Origin: Patescibacteria group bacterium
Lineage (GTDB): Bacteria; Patescibacteriota; Minisyncoccia; Phycocordibacterales; Phycocordibacteraceae
DNA: 64,000 bases
Direction of reading: 5' to 3'
NCBI GenBank assembly: GCA_018971045.1
Contig: JAGWVF010000006.1
Coordinates: forward strand, 176 to 64,175
Each line of letters begins with the position of its first letter. Position 1 is the first letter of the stretch. The translations under genes and the position numbers were made by a program. The notes under the pieces are model-generated. The model ran no database searches, was not told the origin of the DNA, and saw only the letters and a list, made by a program, of their open reading frames with translations. This document shows, piece after piece, positions 9,724 to 19,109 of the stretch.

Positions 9724-9760
9724 ACCGGAAAATGTCGAGAAAATCGTGACTGTTAATGGC

Positions 9761-10522
9761 ATGGAAATTACAGCACAATCCAAAAATATACGTGTATTTT
9801 TTGCGGGACGGTGGTCACCGGAACAAGTTTCTTTTTCCAAAATATCTTCCTCACGCATGCTCAATGAGGTTGTGGAAGAAAAAGCAAAACAATCGTGGCT
9901 CTCGCTCTTGGGAGAATCCGAGAAAGAGAAAAGTAAATTGTGGGATAGCACTATCTATCGATTTGAAAATGCGTTTCTTAGAGAAAATGCACTGGAGATT
10001 CAGGCATCTACCATTCCTTTTTCCATCCGACTTGGTTTGAATCAGCACACAAAATTAGTGCATCAACTTGGCGAAGCTTATGCGCCACGCGGCATGTTCA
10101 CCTCTTGTTTAGTGAAGACGAGTGACCATCATCTTCTTTTTATAAAGAAATCAAAACACTATTTCACTCCGAAGAAATACTCATGGGTGGGAGGAGTCCT
10201 TTCAAATAGTGAACAAGAAATTACCAATGGTATCGATTTCTTTAACACTATGAGAAATGAAATACGAGAAGAAGTCGGCAGTAGCGCTATATCATCTCTT
10301 GAACTTCGAATAGGTTATTTGACAGAAAACTGGAACGTCTGTTTTTTATTTGTTGCAGAACTAAATATCAATATGCCGCAACTTTATAGAGTATTTCGAG
10401 AAAACAATGATGGTGAAGCTGCAGATCTCGTTAGTTTTTCTATATCAGACATACAAAATCAGATTCATATTTTTGAACCGAAAGATCAAATAAAATTTGC
10501 ACTTCTTGGCCTTGTTTCGTAG
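9761..10522 (+). CDS. Nudix-like hydrolase (divergent Nudix box)
   Basis: C-terminal GGVLSNSEQE...RNEIREEVG resembles the Nudix box G-x5-E-x7-REUxEExGU with an insertion; ORF track start 9587 overlaps the upstream gene, so ATG at 9761 is preferred. Confidence 0.5.
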   Translation: MEITAQSKNIRVFFAGRWSPEQVSFSKISSSRMLNEVVEEKAKQSWLSLLGESEKEKSKLWDSTIYRFENAFLRENALEIQASTIPFSIRLGLNQHTKLVHQLGEAYAPRGMFTSCLVKTSDHHLLFIKKSKHYFTPKKYSWVGGVLSNSEQEITNGIDFFNTMRNEIREEVGSSAISSLELRIGYLTENWNVCFLFVAELNINMPQLYRVFRENNDGEAADLVSFSISDIQNQIHIFEPKDQIKFALLGLVS

Positions 10523-10547
10523 TCTAATGGGGGCAGAAGTTCCTCAT
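10523..10547 (+). repeat. 25-bp direct repeat copy 1 (TCTAATGGGGGCAGAAGTTCCTCAT)
   Basis: Identical 25-mer recurs at 11431-11455; each copy sits just 3' of a gene and begins a mini-ORF MGAEVPH... Confidence 0.7.
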
Positions 10548-10557
10548 TCCAGCTGAT

Positions 10558-10668
10558 TTACCGTATGACGATGAACGTTTCGATGTCGTGTGCACTCGGG
10601 GCGTGCTGGTGTCGCATGTTGGCAAGAAATACGTGGGGCGGTTCATTCAAGAGCATCGCCGCGAGTAA
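10558..10668 (+). pseudogene. gene fragment resembling C-terminal part of a class I SAM methyltransferase
   Basis: Translation LPYDDERFDVVCTRGVLVSHVGKKYVGRFIQEHRRE, preceded by an in-frame stop; the FDVV...L.HV pattern resembles methyltransferase post-motif regions. Confidence 0.25.
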
Positions 10669-10714
10669 ACGCAGTCATGTGCAGAAAAATTAGTGCATAA
10701 TCATACATATATGT

Positions 10715-11266
10715 ATGTACGAAATTGAACATCGCGCCGTACTGAGCGAAGAAGCCTACCGAGAGCTAGCGGAGCGGCTTGCGCGCGAGGCGGTACTGCT
10801 TGGTTCAGACGACAAGGAGGTATCCTATTATATCTTCCCCGATAAACTCCTTAAGGTCGTGCGGAATGTCTCGAAGGGTACGGCGAAACTCTCCTTGAAG
10901 CTGACCGCACTTGGTGCCGGGTCTTCGTTCCGTGAATTCGAAGTCCTCTTCCCCGAAGAATCCTTCGAGACCATGAAGAATATCTGCGAGAACATCAGCA
11001 CGCCTGACCAGGTGATCAATGGGACACAGAAACGCACTAATTATGAATACCTTGGTGTAGAGATCGCACTCAAGTGGAGTGAAGACTGGGGTTATCATGT
11101 CGAATTCGAGATCATGGTCTCCGACCTCTCCGAGAAGGAGTCCGCAGATGCCCGTATCCGCGAAGCCGCCGCAGCGCTTGCCGTGCCCCTCATGACCGAA
11201 GAAGAGGTGGCTGCCTTCTCCGCGAAAGTAAGAGCGCAGAACAAGTCCTTGGGAACACGCTCGTGA
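10715..11266 (+). CDS. CYTH-domain protein (class IV adenylyl cyclase / triphosphate tunnel metalloenzyme-like)
   Basis: N-terminal MYEIEHR (ExExK-type CYTH signature) and acidic beta-strand motifs HVEFEIMV. Confidence 0.65.
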   Translation: MYEIEHRAVLSEEAYRELAERLAREAVLLGSDDKEVSYYIFPDKLLKVVRNVSKGTAKLSLKLTALGAGSSFREFEVLFPEESFETMKNICENISTPDQVINGTQKRTNYEYLGVEIALKWSEDWGYHVEFEIMVSDLSEKESADARIREAAAALAVPLMTEEEVAAFSAKVRAQNKSLGTRS

Positions 11267-11430
11267 TTGATGTCCTTGAAGCCGATCTATCAGGTACGCG
11301 GTGACTCCGCTAATGAAGAAATTGATAACTGGAAGTCGATAATATCCGTCGTTTATTACTATGTTGCTAGACCAAGTTCTGAGACATCATTAACTAAACC
11401 GCTTTTGATAAGATCCCTTACGCCATTTCC

Positions 11431-11455
11431 TCTAATGGGGGCAGAAGTTCCTCAT
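11431..11455 (+). repeat. 25-bp direct repeat copy 2
   Basis: Same 25-mer as 10523-10547. Confidence 0.7.
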
Positions 11456-11559
11456 CCTCACCCATTATTCAGAGGCGAAAGAGTATCGGTCGCCACCGAG
11501 CTCAAGGATACGATCTGATAAAGGAAATCAAGGCGATTCGGTAGTACAATATCAGTACG

Positions 11560-12585
11560 ATGATTCCTCTCGATCGAAATGAGAGTTACTGGCTACTTGA
11601 TGATGAGCTCCTCGAGGCGGCGCGTGGCATAGGCGCGCGCGAACTCTCGACCTATCCGGATTATGGAGAGTTGAAAAGTGCTTTAGCGAGATATGCGGAT
11701 GTTGCTCCCGAACAAATACTCGTTACTCCCGGCTCTGACGCGGCAATAGAGTATATTGCTCGTGCGTATGCGGGGAGTGGGGGAGACGTGATACTTCCCG
11801 TACCGACATTTTATGGCTACGAATCTATTCTCGATCGCGTCGGATCGAAGATTATCCCGATCCTCTACAAAGAGGAGAATGGTCGTTTCATATTTCCGAT
11901 TACAGAAACAATCAATGCGCTCGCGAAGAGCTCCGCGAAAGTCTTATTTCTCTGCCACCCTAATAATCCGCTCGGGTGCCCGCTCTCACAAGACGACGTC
12001 TCGACTCTCGCGAGCGCACTGCGAGGATCCAACACAATCGTCGTATCAGATGAGGCGTATTTTGAATTTTCTTCTGGCGCATCACTTTTGCCGCATCTCG
12101 CTGAACTGCCGAACCTACTCATTATCCGTACGCTCTCAAAATCGTTCGCTCTCTCGGGTGCTCGCGTTGGGTATATAATCGCCGATCCGGACACTATAAA
12201 AAAGCTAGAGAAACTCATACTGCCGTGGCCGATCGCGCATCCGAGCGCCGCCACGGCACTCGCGCTTCTCGCGCAGGCAGAAAAAGTGAAGAGGCGGCGC
12301 GATAGGGTTATCGCTGAACTCGAGCATTTCAGAGAAGAAATGAAGCAGATTCCCGGTGTTGTCGTGTATCCCTCGGAGACGAATTTTGTTCTGGTACGAG
12401 TTCCAGACGCCGGGCGTACACGCGAGGCGCTTCTCGCGCAAGGTATACGGGTCGCGCTTGGTGAGTCGATGAGCCGTTTTCCCGAAGCAAAGAAGCTTTT
12501 GAGAGATACCTTGCGCATTGCGACGCCCGCACCCGCTGATCGCTCTGCCGTCATAGCCGCTTTCTCGCGCCTATTCACAACATAA
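11560..12585 (+). CDS. class I/II PLP-dependent aminotransferase (histidinol-phosphate aminotransferase-like)
   Basis: 341 aa; LSKSFALSGARVGYII lysine motif typical of HisC-like aminotransferases. Confidence 0.75.
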   Translation: MIPLDRNESYWLLDDELLEAARGIGARELSTYPDYGELKSALARYADVAPEQILVTPGSDAAIEYIARAYAGSGGDVILPVPTFYGYESILDRVGSKIIPILYKEENGRFIFPITETINALAKSSAKVLFLCHPNNPLGCPLSQDDVSTLASALRGSNTIVVSDEAYFEFSSGASLLPHLAELPNLLIIRTLSKSFALSGARVGYIIADPDTIKKLEKLILPWPIAHPSAATALALLAQAEKVKRRRDRVIAELEHFREEMKQIPGVVVYPSETNFVLVRVPDAGRTREALLAQGIRVALGESMSRFPEAKKLLRDTLRIATPAPADRSAVIAAFSRLFTT

Positions 12586-12611
12586 GGTTTATGTGTTAGT
12601 GTTCCCGCATC

Positions 12612-14165
12612 ATGCGTACCAGCCGCTTGCCGGCCCATACCGTGAGGAAGACTGCGGCACGGTCCCGCCCCTCCGCTGTTTCCGCCTCTTTCCTCGCAAA
12701 AGTGCATGTTAACGGAAGCGCCGACTGGCAACGATCGGACAAGAGCCACCTCCTCGCTCTTTTTAAAAAGATGGCGATCGGGATTCCGGCGTATCGGAAA
12801 TTTCTTCGCGAAAACGGGATACGCCGTGAAGCTGTAAAAACGATAGAAGACTTCTCCTCCGTTCCAGCGATAACAAAGCAGAACTATTTGCGGAAGTACT
12901 CTCCAGCCGAGCTTCTATGGAACGGCTCGACCTGTTCCGGACACGTTCTTACCTCGACCTCGGGCTCAACGGGGAAGCCCACCTACTTTGCCCGTTCTCA
13001 CGAGGTCGACGAGCACTCCTCTTTTATTCATGAACTCATTTTCCGTACCAGCTCTCTGAAGAAAGATAAGTCAACGCTCGTGATCGTCTGTTTCGGTATG
13101 GGGGTATGGATCGGCGGGCTTATTACCTATCAGGCGTTCGAGCTCATGGGCCGTCGAGGATACCCGATATCGATCCTCACGCCGGGCATAAATAAAGCCG
13201 AGATTCTGAAGGCGCTGACCGATTTGGCGCCGCAGTATGACCAAGTCATACTCGCGGGGTACCCCCCGTTTCTTAAAGACGTGATCGATGAAGCCCTCGC
13301 CCAGGGCTTTTCTTTTGCCAATCATCGCATGATGCTTCTTTTTGCCGCGGAGGCATTTACCGAAACGTTTCGAGAGTACCTCGCCAAGAAAGTCGGCATT
13401 GAGAATGTCCTTACCGATGCGATTAATATCTACGGAAGCGCCGATATCGGCTCGATGGCGTTTGAAACGCCGCTCTCCATCCTCGCGCGCCGTCTCGCGC
13501 TGAAAGACGAAAAATTATTTGCCGATATTTTCGGTAATACCACGAAGACTCCGACCTTTGCGCAATATGTTCCTGAATTCGTATCGTTTGAGGCGCCCAA
13601 CGGCGAGATCCTCATATCGGGAGATAGCGCTCTCCCGCTCCTTCGCTACTCGATCGGCGATCATGGCGGGGTATACACCTTCCGCGATCTTGTTGAACGA
13701 TACAAGGCACACGGAGTGGATCTGATGAAAGAGGCACAAGCCGCCGGTATCAGGAGACAAGTCTACGAATTGCCGTTCGTGTACGTCTTTGAGCGTATTG
13801 ATCTCGCCACGACTCTCTACGGACTGCAGGTGTATCCAGAAACTATCAAAGAGGTTTTACTCAATAAGCAATACGTCGACACTCTGACCGGCAAGCTCAC
13901 GCTCATTACGAAATACGACGATAATCAGGACCAGTATCTCGAGATCAATATCGAGCAGAAACCGAAGAAAGAGGTAAGCAAGGCGCTCGAGTCGGATCTG
14001 CTCGCGGAGATCGTGAAAGGCCTGCGCGAGAAGAACTCGGAATATCGCGAGCTTTCGAAATTTCTCGGGAAGCGCGCAGAACCGAAGCTCATCTTTTGGC
14101 CGTATGAGGACCCGCTTTATTTCAAACCGGGCACCAAACAGCCGTGGGTGGTGCGTCAGGCGTAA
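12612..14165 (+). CDS. adenylate-forming enzyme, phenylacetate-CoA ligase (PaaK)/F390-synthetase-like
   Basis: TSGSTGKPT AMP-binding motif; N-terminal region LLALFKKMAIGIPAYRKFLRENGI parallels the PaaK N-domain; alternative ATG at 12771. Confidence 0.7.
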   Translation: MRTSRLPAHTVRKTAARSRPSAVSASFLAKVHVNGSADWQRSDKSHLLALFKKMAIGIPAYRKFLRENGIRREAVKTIEDFSSVPAITKQNYLRKYSPAELLWNGSTCSGHVLTSTSGSTGKPTYFARSHEVDEHSSFIHELIFRTSSLKKDKSTLVIVCFGMGVWIGGLITYQAFELMGRRGYPISILTPGINKAEILKALTDLAPQYDQVILAGYPPFLKDVIDEALAQGFSFANHRMMLLFAAEAFTETFREYLAKKVGIENVLTDAINIYGSADIGSMAFETPLSILARRLALKDEKLFADIFGNTTKTPTFAQYVPEFVSFEAPNGEILISGDSALPLLRYSIGDHGGVYTFRDLVERYKAHGVDLMKEAQAAGIRRQVYELPFVYVFERIDLATTLYGLQVYPETIKEVLLNKQYVDTLTGKLTLITKYDDNQDQYLEINIEQKPKKEVSKALESDLLAEIVKGLREKNSEYRELSKFLGKRAEPKLIFWPYEDPLYFKPGTKQPWVVRQA

Positions 14166-14262
14166 AACAATCTTCACTACTTTCTGAATCTCTCTAATTT
14201 GCACGTATTTGAGCATCAAGGCGCCGTGCTTCTTCCCACGCCAGATCAAAAGTCTCCTTCAT
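14142..14262 (+). repeat. ~122-bp direct repeat copy 1 (spans convergent gene ends)
   Basis: ~96% identical to 16247-16368. Contains the last codons of the PaaK-like gene (+) and a 22-codon copy of the C-terminus of TrmB gene 16300-17046 (-), which ends with an in-frame stop after MKETFDLAWEEARRLDAQIRAN. Confidence 0.85.
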
Positions 14263-14438
14263 GTGTCTAACACATGAAATTCTGCTCTTGCATTTTCTGT
14301 AAAATGCATCATAATGGTAAACAGGTTATTGAGTAGTTTAAACAATCGATCTTTTGAAAGGAGACCGGAATATGGATTCTCATCTGAGAGTCGGTTCTAT
14401 CAGATTGCGCCCGCAGAAACAAGTTTATAATCAGTAAA

Positions 14439-16241
14439 ATGAATACAGCATACAGCATCGAAGATTTTCTAGAAGTAAAGTCTGCTGGAGGGGCGAGTTT
14501 TAGTCCTGATGGTACGCGGATTGCGTATCTGAGTAACACTACGGGGACATCCCAAATCTTTCTTTTACCCACTGAAGGAGGTGAATCTGAACAACTTACT
14601 GATTTCCAAGATTATGTCTCTTTCGCGCGATTCTCTCCGACCGAGAATATGCTCATATTTGGAAAGGCGGAAGGCGGGAATGAACAGACGCAGCTCTACC
14701 TGTTAGATATTAAGACTCGACAAATCACCAGCATCACGGCGAAGCCTGACGCGAGACATGATTTTGGCGGATGGTCTCCAGATGGGAAGAGCATCTGCTT
14801 CACCTCGAATGAAAGAAATGGAAAGGACTTCGATGTGTACGTAATGGACATCGCGACGCTTAAAAAACGTTGCGTCTTCGATAGGGGTGGGTGGTGTGTC
14901 GCTGAGGGATTTTCTCCACGGGGTACGTATGTTGTCGTACGAGAGAAGCGCTCAGCCGCGAACACTGACCAATACCTTTGCAATCTTAAGACAGGCGTTG
15001 TTGAACACATTACCCCCCACAAGGGAGACGCGTTTTATGCCGGATCATCATGGCTTCCCGATGAATCTGCCTTTTTTCTCATTCAGGATCAAGAAAGAGA
15101 ATTCGCAGGCCTCGCTCGCTATTCGCTTTCTGAAAGAAAATCTGACTACGTTCTTGCTCCGGATTGGGATGTCGAAGGAGTCGTCATAGACAGAGCTGGT
15201 AAGAATATAGCCGTCATCGTAAATGAAGGCGGGTATCAACGAATGACGATATATGATACCTCTCGATTCGAGGTTCGTTCTTGCCGTCTGTCGGCGGGTA
15301 ATGTCTATCAGGCAAGATTTTCCGAGAGCGGATTGCAAATTGCATTCAGCTTAGGAGACTCGCGCCGGACATCAGATGTTTGGATATTGGACTTAGAAAC
15401 AGGAGACTCGCGGCAGATCACACGCAGTTACCAGGGTGTCCCGCCAGAAGTCATGGTTGAGCCAGAACTCATCCAGTTTAAATCGTTCGATGGACTTCTA
15501 ATCCCGGCCTTCTCCTATAGACCGAAGGGAATAAAACGAGGGATGAGAGTCCCCGTGATTATCAATATTCACGGAGGTCCTGAGGCCCAATACCAGCCGG
15601 TATACCAGCCGGTGATACAGTACTTGGTGCACAGCAGTGGGTACGTAGTGGTTGCGCCGAATGTACGAGGCAGCTCCGGGTATGGGAAATCGTACATGGC
15701 ACTTGATAATGTGGAGAGGCGCCTAGATTCGGTGAAAGATATTGTTGCGTTACGTGATCACATTGTTGGGATATTTGAAGGGGACGCTACAGAAATTGCA
15801 TTATTCGGAGGAAGCTACGGAGGATTCATGGTGCTCGCATGTTTGGCATTCTATCCGAAGCTTTGGACAGCGGGGGTCGATGTTGTGGGCATCGTTAACT
15901 TTGTTACCTTTCTTGAAAACACGGCCGCGTATCGACGAGCCTTACGCGAGGCTGAATACGGCTCACTCGAAAACGATAGGGAGTTTTTGGAAAAAATATC
16001 CCCTATCCACTCGATTGAAAAGATAGAAGCGCCGCTGTTTGTCATCCATGGTGCAAATGATCCGAGAGTTCCGCTCTCCGAAGCAGAACAGGTGGTAGAA
16101 AGACTTAGGGGGGTCGGCAGGCATGTTGAATTGCTCGTCTATCCGGATGAGGGGCACGGAATCACGAAGCTTAAGAATAAGCTCGATGCATATCCAAGAG
16201 TGGTCGAATTCTTAACTGTCAACCTTGGACGTTCAGGATAA
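14439..16241 (+). CDS. S9 family serine peptidase (prolyl oligopeptidase/acylaminoacyl-peptidase type) with N-terminal beta-propeller
   Basis: 600 aa; TolB-like N-terminus, GGSYGG nucleophile elbow, C-terminal HGANDPRVP (catalytic Asp/His region); AT-rich relative to flanks. Confidence 0.85.
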   Translation: MNTAYSIEDFLEVKSAGGASFSPDGTRIAYLSNTTGTSQIFLLPTEGGESEQLTDFQDYVSFARFSPTENMLIFGKAEGGNEQTQLYLLDIKTRQITSITAKPDARHDFGGWSPDGKSICFTSNERNGKDFDVYVMDIATLKKRCVFDRGGWCVAEGFSPRGTYVVVREKRSAANTDQYLCNLKTGVVEHITPHKGDAFYAGSSWLPDESAFFLIQDQEREFAGLARYSLSERKSDYVLAPDWDVEGVVIDRAGKNIAVIVNEGGYQRMTIYDTSRFEVRSCRLSAGNVYQARFSESGLQIAFSLGDSRRTSDVWILDLETGDSRQITRSYQGVPPEVMVEPELIQFKSFDGLLIPAFSYRPKGIKRGMRVPVIINIHGGPEAQYQPVYQPVIQYLVHSSGYVVVAPNVRGSSGYGKSYMALDNVERRLDSVKDIVALRDHIVGIFEGDATEIALFGGSYGGFMVLACLAFYPKLWTAGVDVVGIVNFVTFLENTAAYRRALREAEYGSLENDREFLEKISPIHSIEKIEAPLFVIHGANDPRVPLSEAEQVVERLRGVGRHVELLVYPDEGHGITKLKNKLDAYPRVVEFLTVNLGRSG

Positions 16242-16246
16242 AACGT

Positions 16247-16368
16247 CCGTGGGTGGCGCGTCAGGCGTAAAACAATCTTCACTATATTTCTGAATCTCTC
16301 TAATTTGCACGTATTTGAGCATCAAGGCGCTGTGCTTCTTCCCACGCCAGATCAAAAGTCTCCTTCAT
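16247..16368 (+). repeat. ~122-bp direct repeat copy 2
   Basis: Matches 14142-14262; here the minus-strand reading is the genuine 3' end of the TrmB gene. Confidence 0.85.
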
Positions 16369-17046
16369 TATTTCAGCAAAATATGTATCCTCGATAATAA
16401 CGGCAAACTCCTCACGTCCGGACACGAGGACTATCTTATTGTCATAAATGCGAATATCCGAAGTGAAGTTGTATTGTTTAGCTGGTATGAGGCGAATAAA
16501 GGTTTCTCCCTGCGGCTGCGGCATCACCTTTCCCTTGTAAGGAGAAATAATCTGTACCACCTGTTCTTTCTTGCTATAAGAAATAGTGGGGATAACTGCG
16601 AAGGCCCGCACCGCCTCTCCGGACTTCATCATCGCAAGATCATGTACGGCTGTTTCGACGCCCTCCTTCCCCTCATAGAATTTTACTCTTGGATGAAACA
16701 TAAGTGCTGGAGATAGGGCAGTAAGTTCAGGAATAAGGTTATCAATATCTTGATGAATCTTTGCTTGCTTTTGCTCAATAGCCACAGCTTCTTTTAGAAG
16801 CGTGTCTGGATTAACGGCCTCATATATACTGACGCCTTTAGCATCTTCCGCTTTCTCTATAAGACCCTTGTTAATGAGCGATTCTAGAGCTACATATGTG
16901 GAACTCCTATTAATATCAGCTCTCTTTGAAAGAAGTTGAGCGGACAGCGCGCCAGACTCAATGGCAGTCAAGTAAACAATTGCTTCTCTTTCAGTCAAAC
17001 CAAACCCGATTAGCTGAGTAACGATGGTTTTGTCTGGAGATATCAT
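16300..17046 (-). CDS. TrmB family transcriptional regulator
   Basis: N-terminal HTH FGLTEREAIVYLTAIESGALSAQLLS... plus TrmB C-terminal domain. Confidence 0.75.
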   Translation of the reverse strand: MISPDKTIVTQLIGFGLTEREAIVYLTAIESGALSAQLLSKRADINRSSTYVALESLINKGLIEKAEDAKGVSIYEAVNPDTLLKEAVAIEQKQAKIHQDIDNLIPELTALSPALMFHPRVKFYEGKEGVETAVHDLAMMKSGEAVRAFAVIPTISYSKKEQVVQIISPYKGKVMPQPQGETFIRLIPAKQYNFTSDIRIYDNKIVLVSGREEFAVIIEDTYFAEIMKETFDLAWEEAQRLDAQIRAN

Positions 17047-17816
17047 ATTTTATCCACACGGTAGCGCCTGGCTTCTTGTTGAGCGAGGTCGAACGCAACC
17101 TTCATCACCTCAGCTATTTCCTTGCTTTGTATCGAAACAGCAAAGGCTGGGTTATGCGACATAAAGGCAACCTTATCGTCAAAGACGGCAAAATCAGAAG
17201 GAAATTTGAAACACTCGTCAGGTATCAGAGTGATTTCATCAAAATTCGTAGGAGTCTTTTTAATCATTTCTCGTGCCGCGTAATCATCAGGATGGATACC
17301 CCTCATCTTCAAACCTAGAGCCAGTCTGTCCCGCACGTAAATAGGCAGATAGTCTGGTAAGCTGTTAAAGATATTACTTACGGAGGAGAAAACGCGCATC
17401 ATCTTTTCTTTAGAAGCGAGAGTACTTTCAAACCCTTTTCTCAGACCCGCCGCTCCTTCAAGAACTTCTATTTTTGGTTTGAACCGAGAACTCTTATGTG
17501 CCGAACGAAGAGTAGGGGAGAGAGTCGCGAGATTCTGGAGCAAGAGCGTCGATTGCTCCAACTTCTCTTTTGCTGCAAGTGCCAAACGTTCAGGAGGGGC
17601 AGCCGCATATCGCCTCACGGGTTTCTCGTTCACTATGTTCACAAAACCCCGTTTCATTAGACGATCGAGTACAACATACATTGAGCTACGATTAACGCTT
17701 GTTTGATTCGAAATTTCCTGCACGGTTGCAGTCCCAGCGCTCAAAAGAGCTAAGTATACAGCCGCGTCCTTCTCGGGGAGGTCAAGTGCAGAGAGTCTTT
17801 TGGTGAGGGGTGTCAT
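17043..17816 (-). CDS. TrmB family transcriptional regulator (paralogue)
   Basis: HTH LPEKDAAVYLALLSAGTATVQEIS...; 4-bp overlap with downstream TrmB gene; start chosen at MTPLTKRL. Confidence 0.7.
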   Translation of the reverse strand: MTPLTKRLSALDLPEKDAAVYLALLSAGTATVQEISNQTSVNRSSMYVVLDRLMKRGFVNIVNEKPVRRYAAAPPERLALAAKEKLEQSTLLLQNLATLSPTLRSAHKSSRFKPKIEVLEGAAGLRKGFESTLASKEKMMRVFSSVSNIFNSLPDYLPIYVRDRLALGLKMRGIHPDDYAAREMIKKTPTNFDEITLIPDECFKFPSDFAVFDDKVAFMSHNPAFAVSIQSKEIAEVMKVAFDLAQQEARRYRVDKI

Positions 17817-17929
17817 GGGGTCCCAACAGCATAGAATCCAAATGGTTCGCGTGTTGTCAGATATTAGCAACAAATACCAGCAAGAGCAAATAAACCAGAA
17901 GCCTATGCGTGACGACTTGTGTACACATT

Positions 17930-17956
17930 TTCAACTCCGTTTTGAAGACGTTTCAA
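17930..17956. promoter_or_regulatory. overlapping inverted repeats TTCAA-N7-TTGAA-N5-TTCAA in divergent intergenic region
   Basis: Palindromic half-sites between the TrmB genes and the 18035 operon; plausible operator, not verified. Confidence 0.3.
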
Positions 17957-18034
17957 ATAGGTTGTTTTTCTTTGACAACATATCAAATCAACACAAACTG
18001 ATTCTTGTTATGAATTTACTAAGGCAGGAGAAAT

Positions 18035-18385
18035 ATGAGTAAAGAAGGTACGAACCCAAGATTTTCCTTTAGGAAGGACAGGTTTTTTCGTGACCGCGAA
18101 AGCTACGCTGAATGGTGGGCAATTGTGTGTCTTGGTTGTGCAGAAGAAGTATTACTCTATCAAAAAGACGGACATGGGAAACTATATCGCTGTTATTTAA
18201 ATCGCATTTTTGCTCCTGCAAAATATGCAGATCTCCAATATGACCAAACGATGACGATAAAGAAATTGCCGAATCTAACTTGTCCCCGATGCAACTTGCT
18301 CCTAGGCATACCAATGCTTCATTGGGAGGGAAGGCTTGCTTATCGATTGATAAAAGATCGCTGGGGAAAACGAAGGGAGAAGTAA
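18035..18385 (+). CDS. zinc-ribbon protein, hypothetical
   Basis: 116 aa with CLGC...CPRC cysteine pairs; first gene of tightly packed low-GC operon. Confidence 0.5.
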   Translation: MSKEGTNPRFSFRKDRFFRDRESYAEWWAIVCLGCAEEVLLYQKDGHGKLYRCYLNRIFAPAKYADLQYDQTMTIKKLPNLTCPRCNLLLGIPMLHWEGRLAYRLIKDRWGKRREK

Positions 18386-18389
18386 TTCG

Positions 18390-19109
18390 ATGAGTGGAAA
18401 TTATAAAAATACGGTGCAGATTGCACGGAAAACGCTTATCCCAAAGGAAAGGCGGGTGCAAGTCACTGAAGGGGAATTAAGTAAGTATTTACATGTCACA
18501 CGAAGAGGCGTTGGTCCGATTCATACGCCATACGGTTATTTTTGGCAATACGACTTTCATATCGACGATAAATGGGGAAAGTATTCTGTCCTAGTGCGTG
18601 CCCAAGTGGATAAAGAATACAATCCAATTTTTCTTAACAATGAACTATTACTACGCATAGATTCTGGCTGTGAGACGGGACAGCTGTTTCATGACAATAC
18701 CTGTGAGTGTCGTGAACAATTGCACGAGGCATTAAAGAAGATTAATGAACATGGAGAGGGTATGATTATACACGTACCTTCTCAGGATGGGCGTGGAGGC
18801 GGGTTGGCATTTAAACTAGCAACTCTTCTTCTAGAAAAAGACTTGGGATTGAACACGGTAGAGGCCGCTCGTATTCTTGCTAATAATGAGGAGATTGATC
18901 TCCGGACCTATGGAGGGGTTGTTGGCATTCTGAAATTTTTTAGAGCAAAGCGGAACATATTGCTCATGACAAACAATCCCCACAAAATCTCCACTCTCAA
19001 AGAGAATAGATACAAGATATTGCGTACATCCATTCTCATTCCCCCAACACGCTTTACCAAGAAGCATTTACGAGCAAAAAAGATAGAGCTCGGCCATCTC
19101 CTTCCATGA
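18390..19109 (+). CDS. GTP cyclohydrolase II (RibA)-like
   Basis: RIDSGCETGQLFHDNTCECREQL matches the RibA zinc-binding C-x-C region; DLRTYGG near C-terminus; SD GGGAGAAG upstream. Confidence 0.7.
   Translation: MSGNYKNTVQIARKTLIPKERRVQVTEGELSKYLHVTRRGVGPIHTPYGYFWQYDFHIDDKWGKYSVLVRAQVDKEYNPIFLNNELLLRIDSGCETGQLFHDNTCECREQLHEALKKINEHGEGMIIHVPSQDGRGGGLAFKLATLLLEKDLGLNTVEAARILANNEEIDLRTYGGVVGILKFFRAKRNILLMTNNPHKISTLKENRYKILRTSILIPPTRFTKKHLRAKKIELGHLLP

Noticed and set aside
9587-9760. Upstream start of the Nudix-like ORF
   Set aside because: Would overlap the preceding gene by 137 nt in another frame; ATG 9761 preferred.
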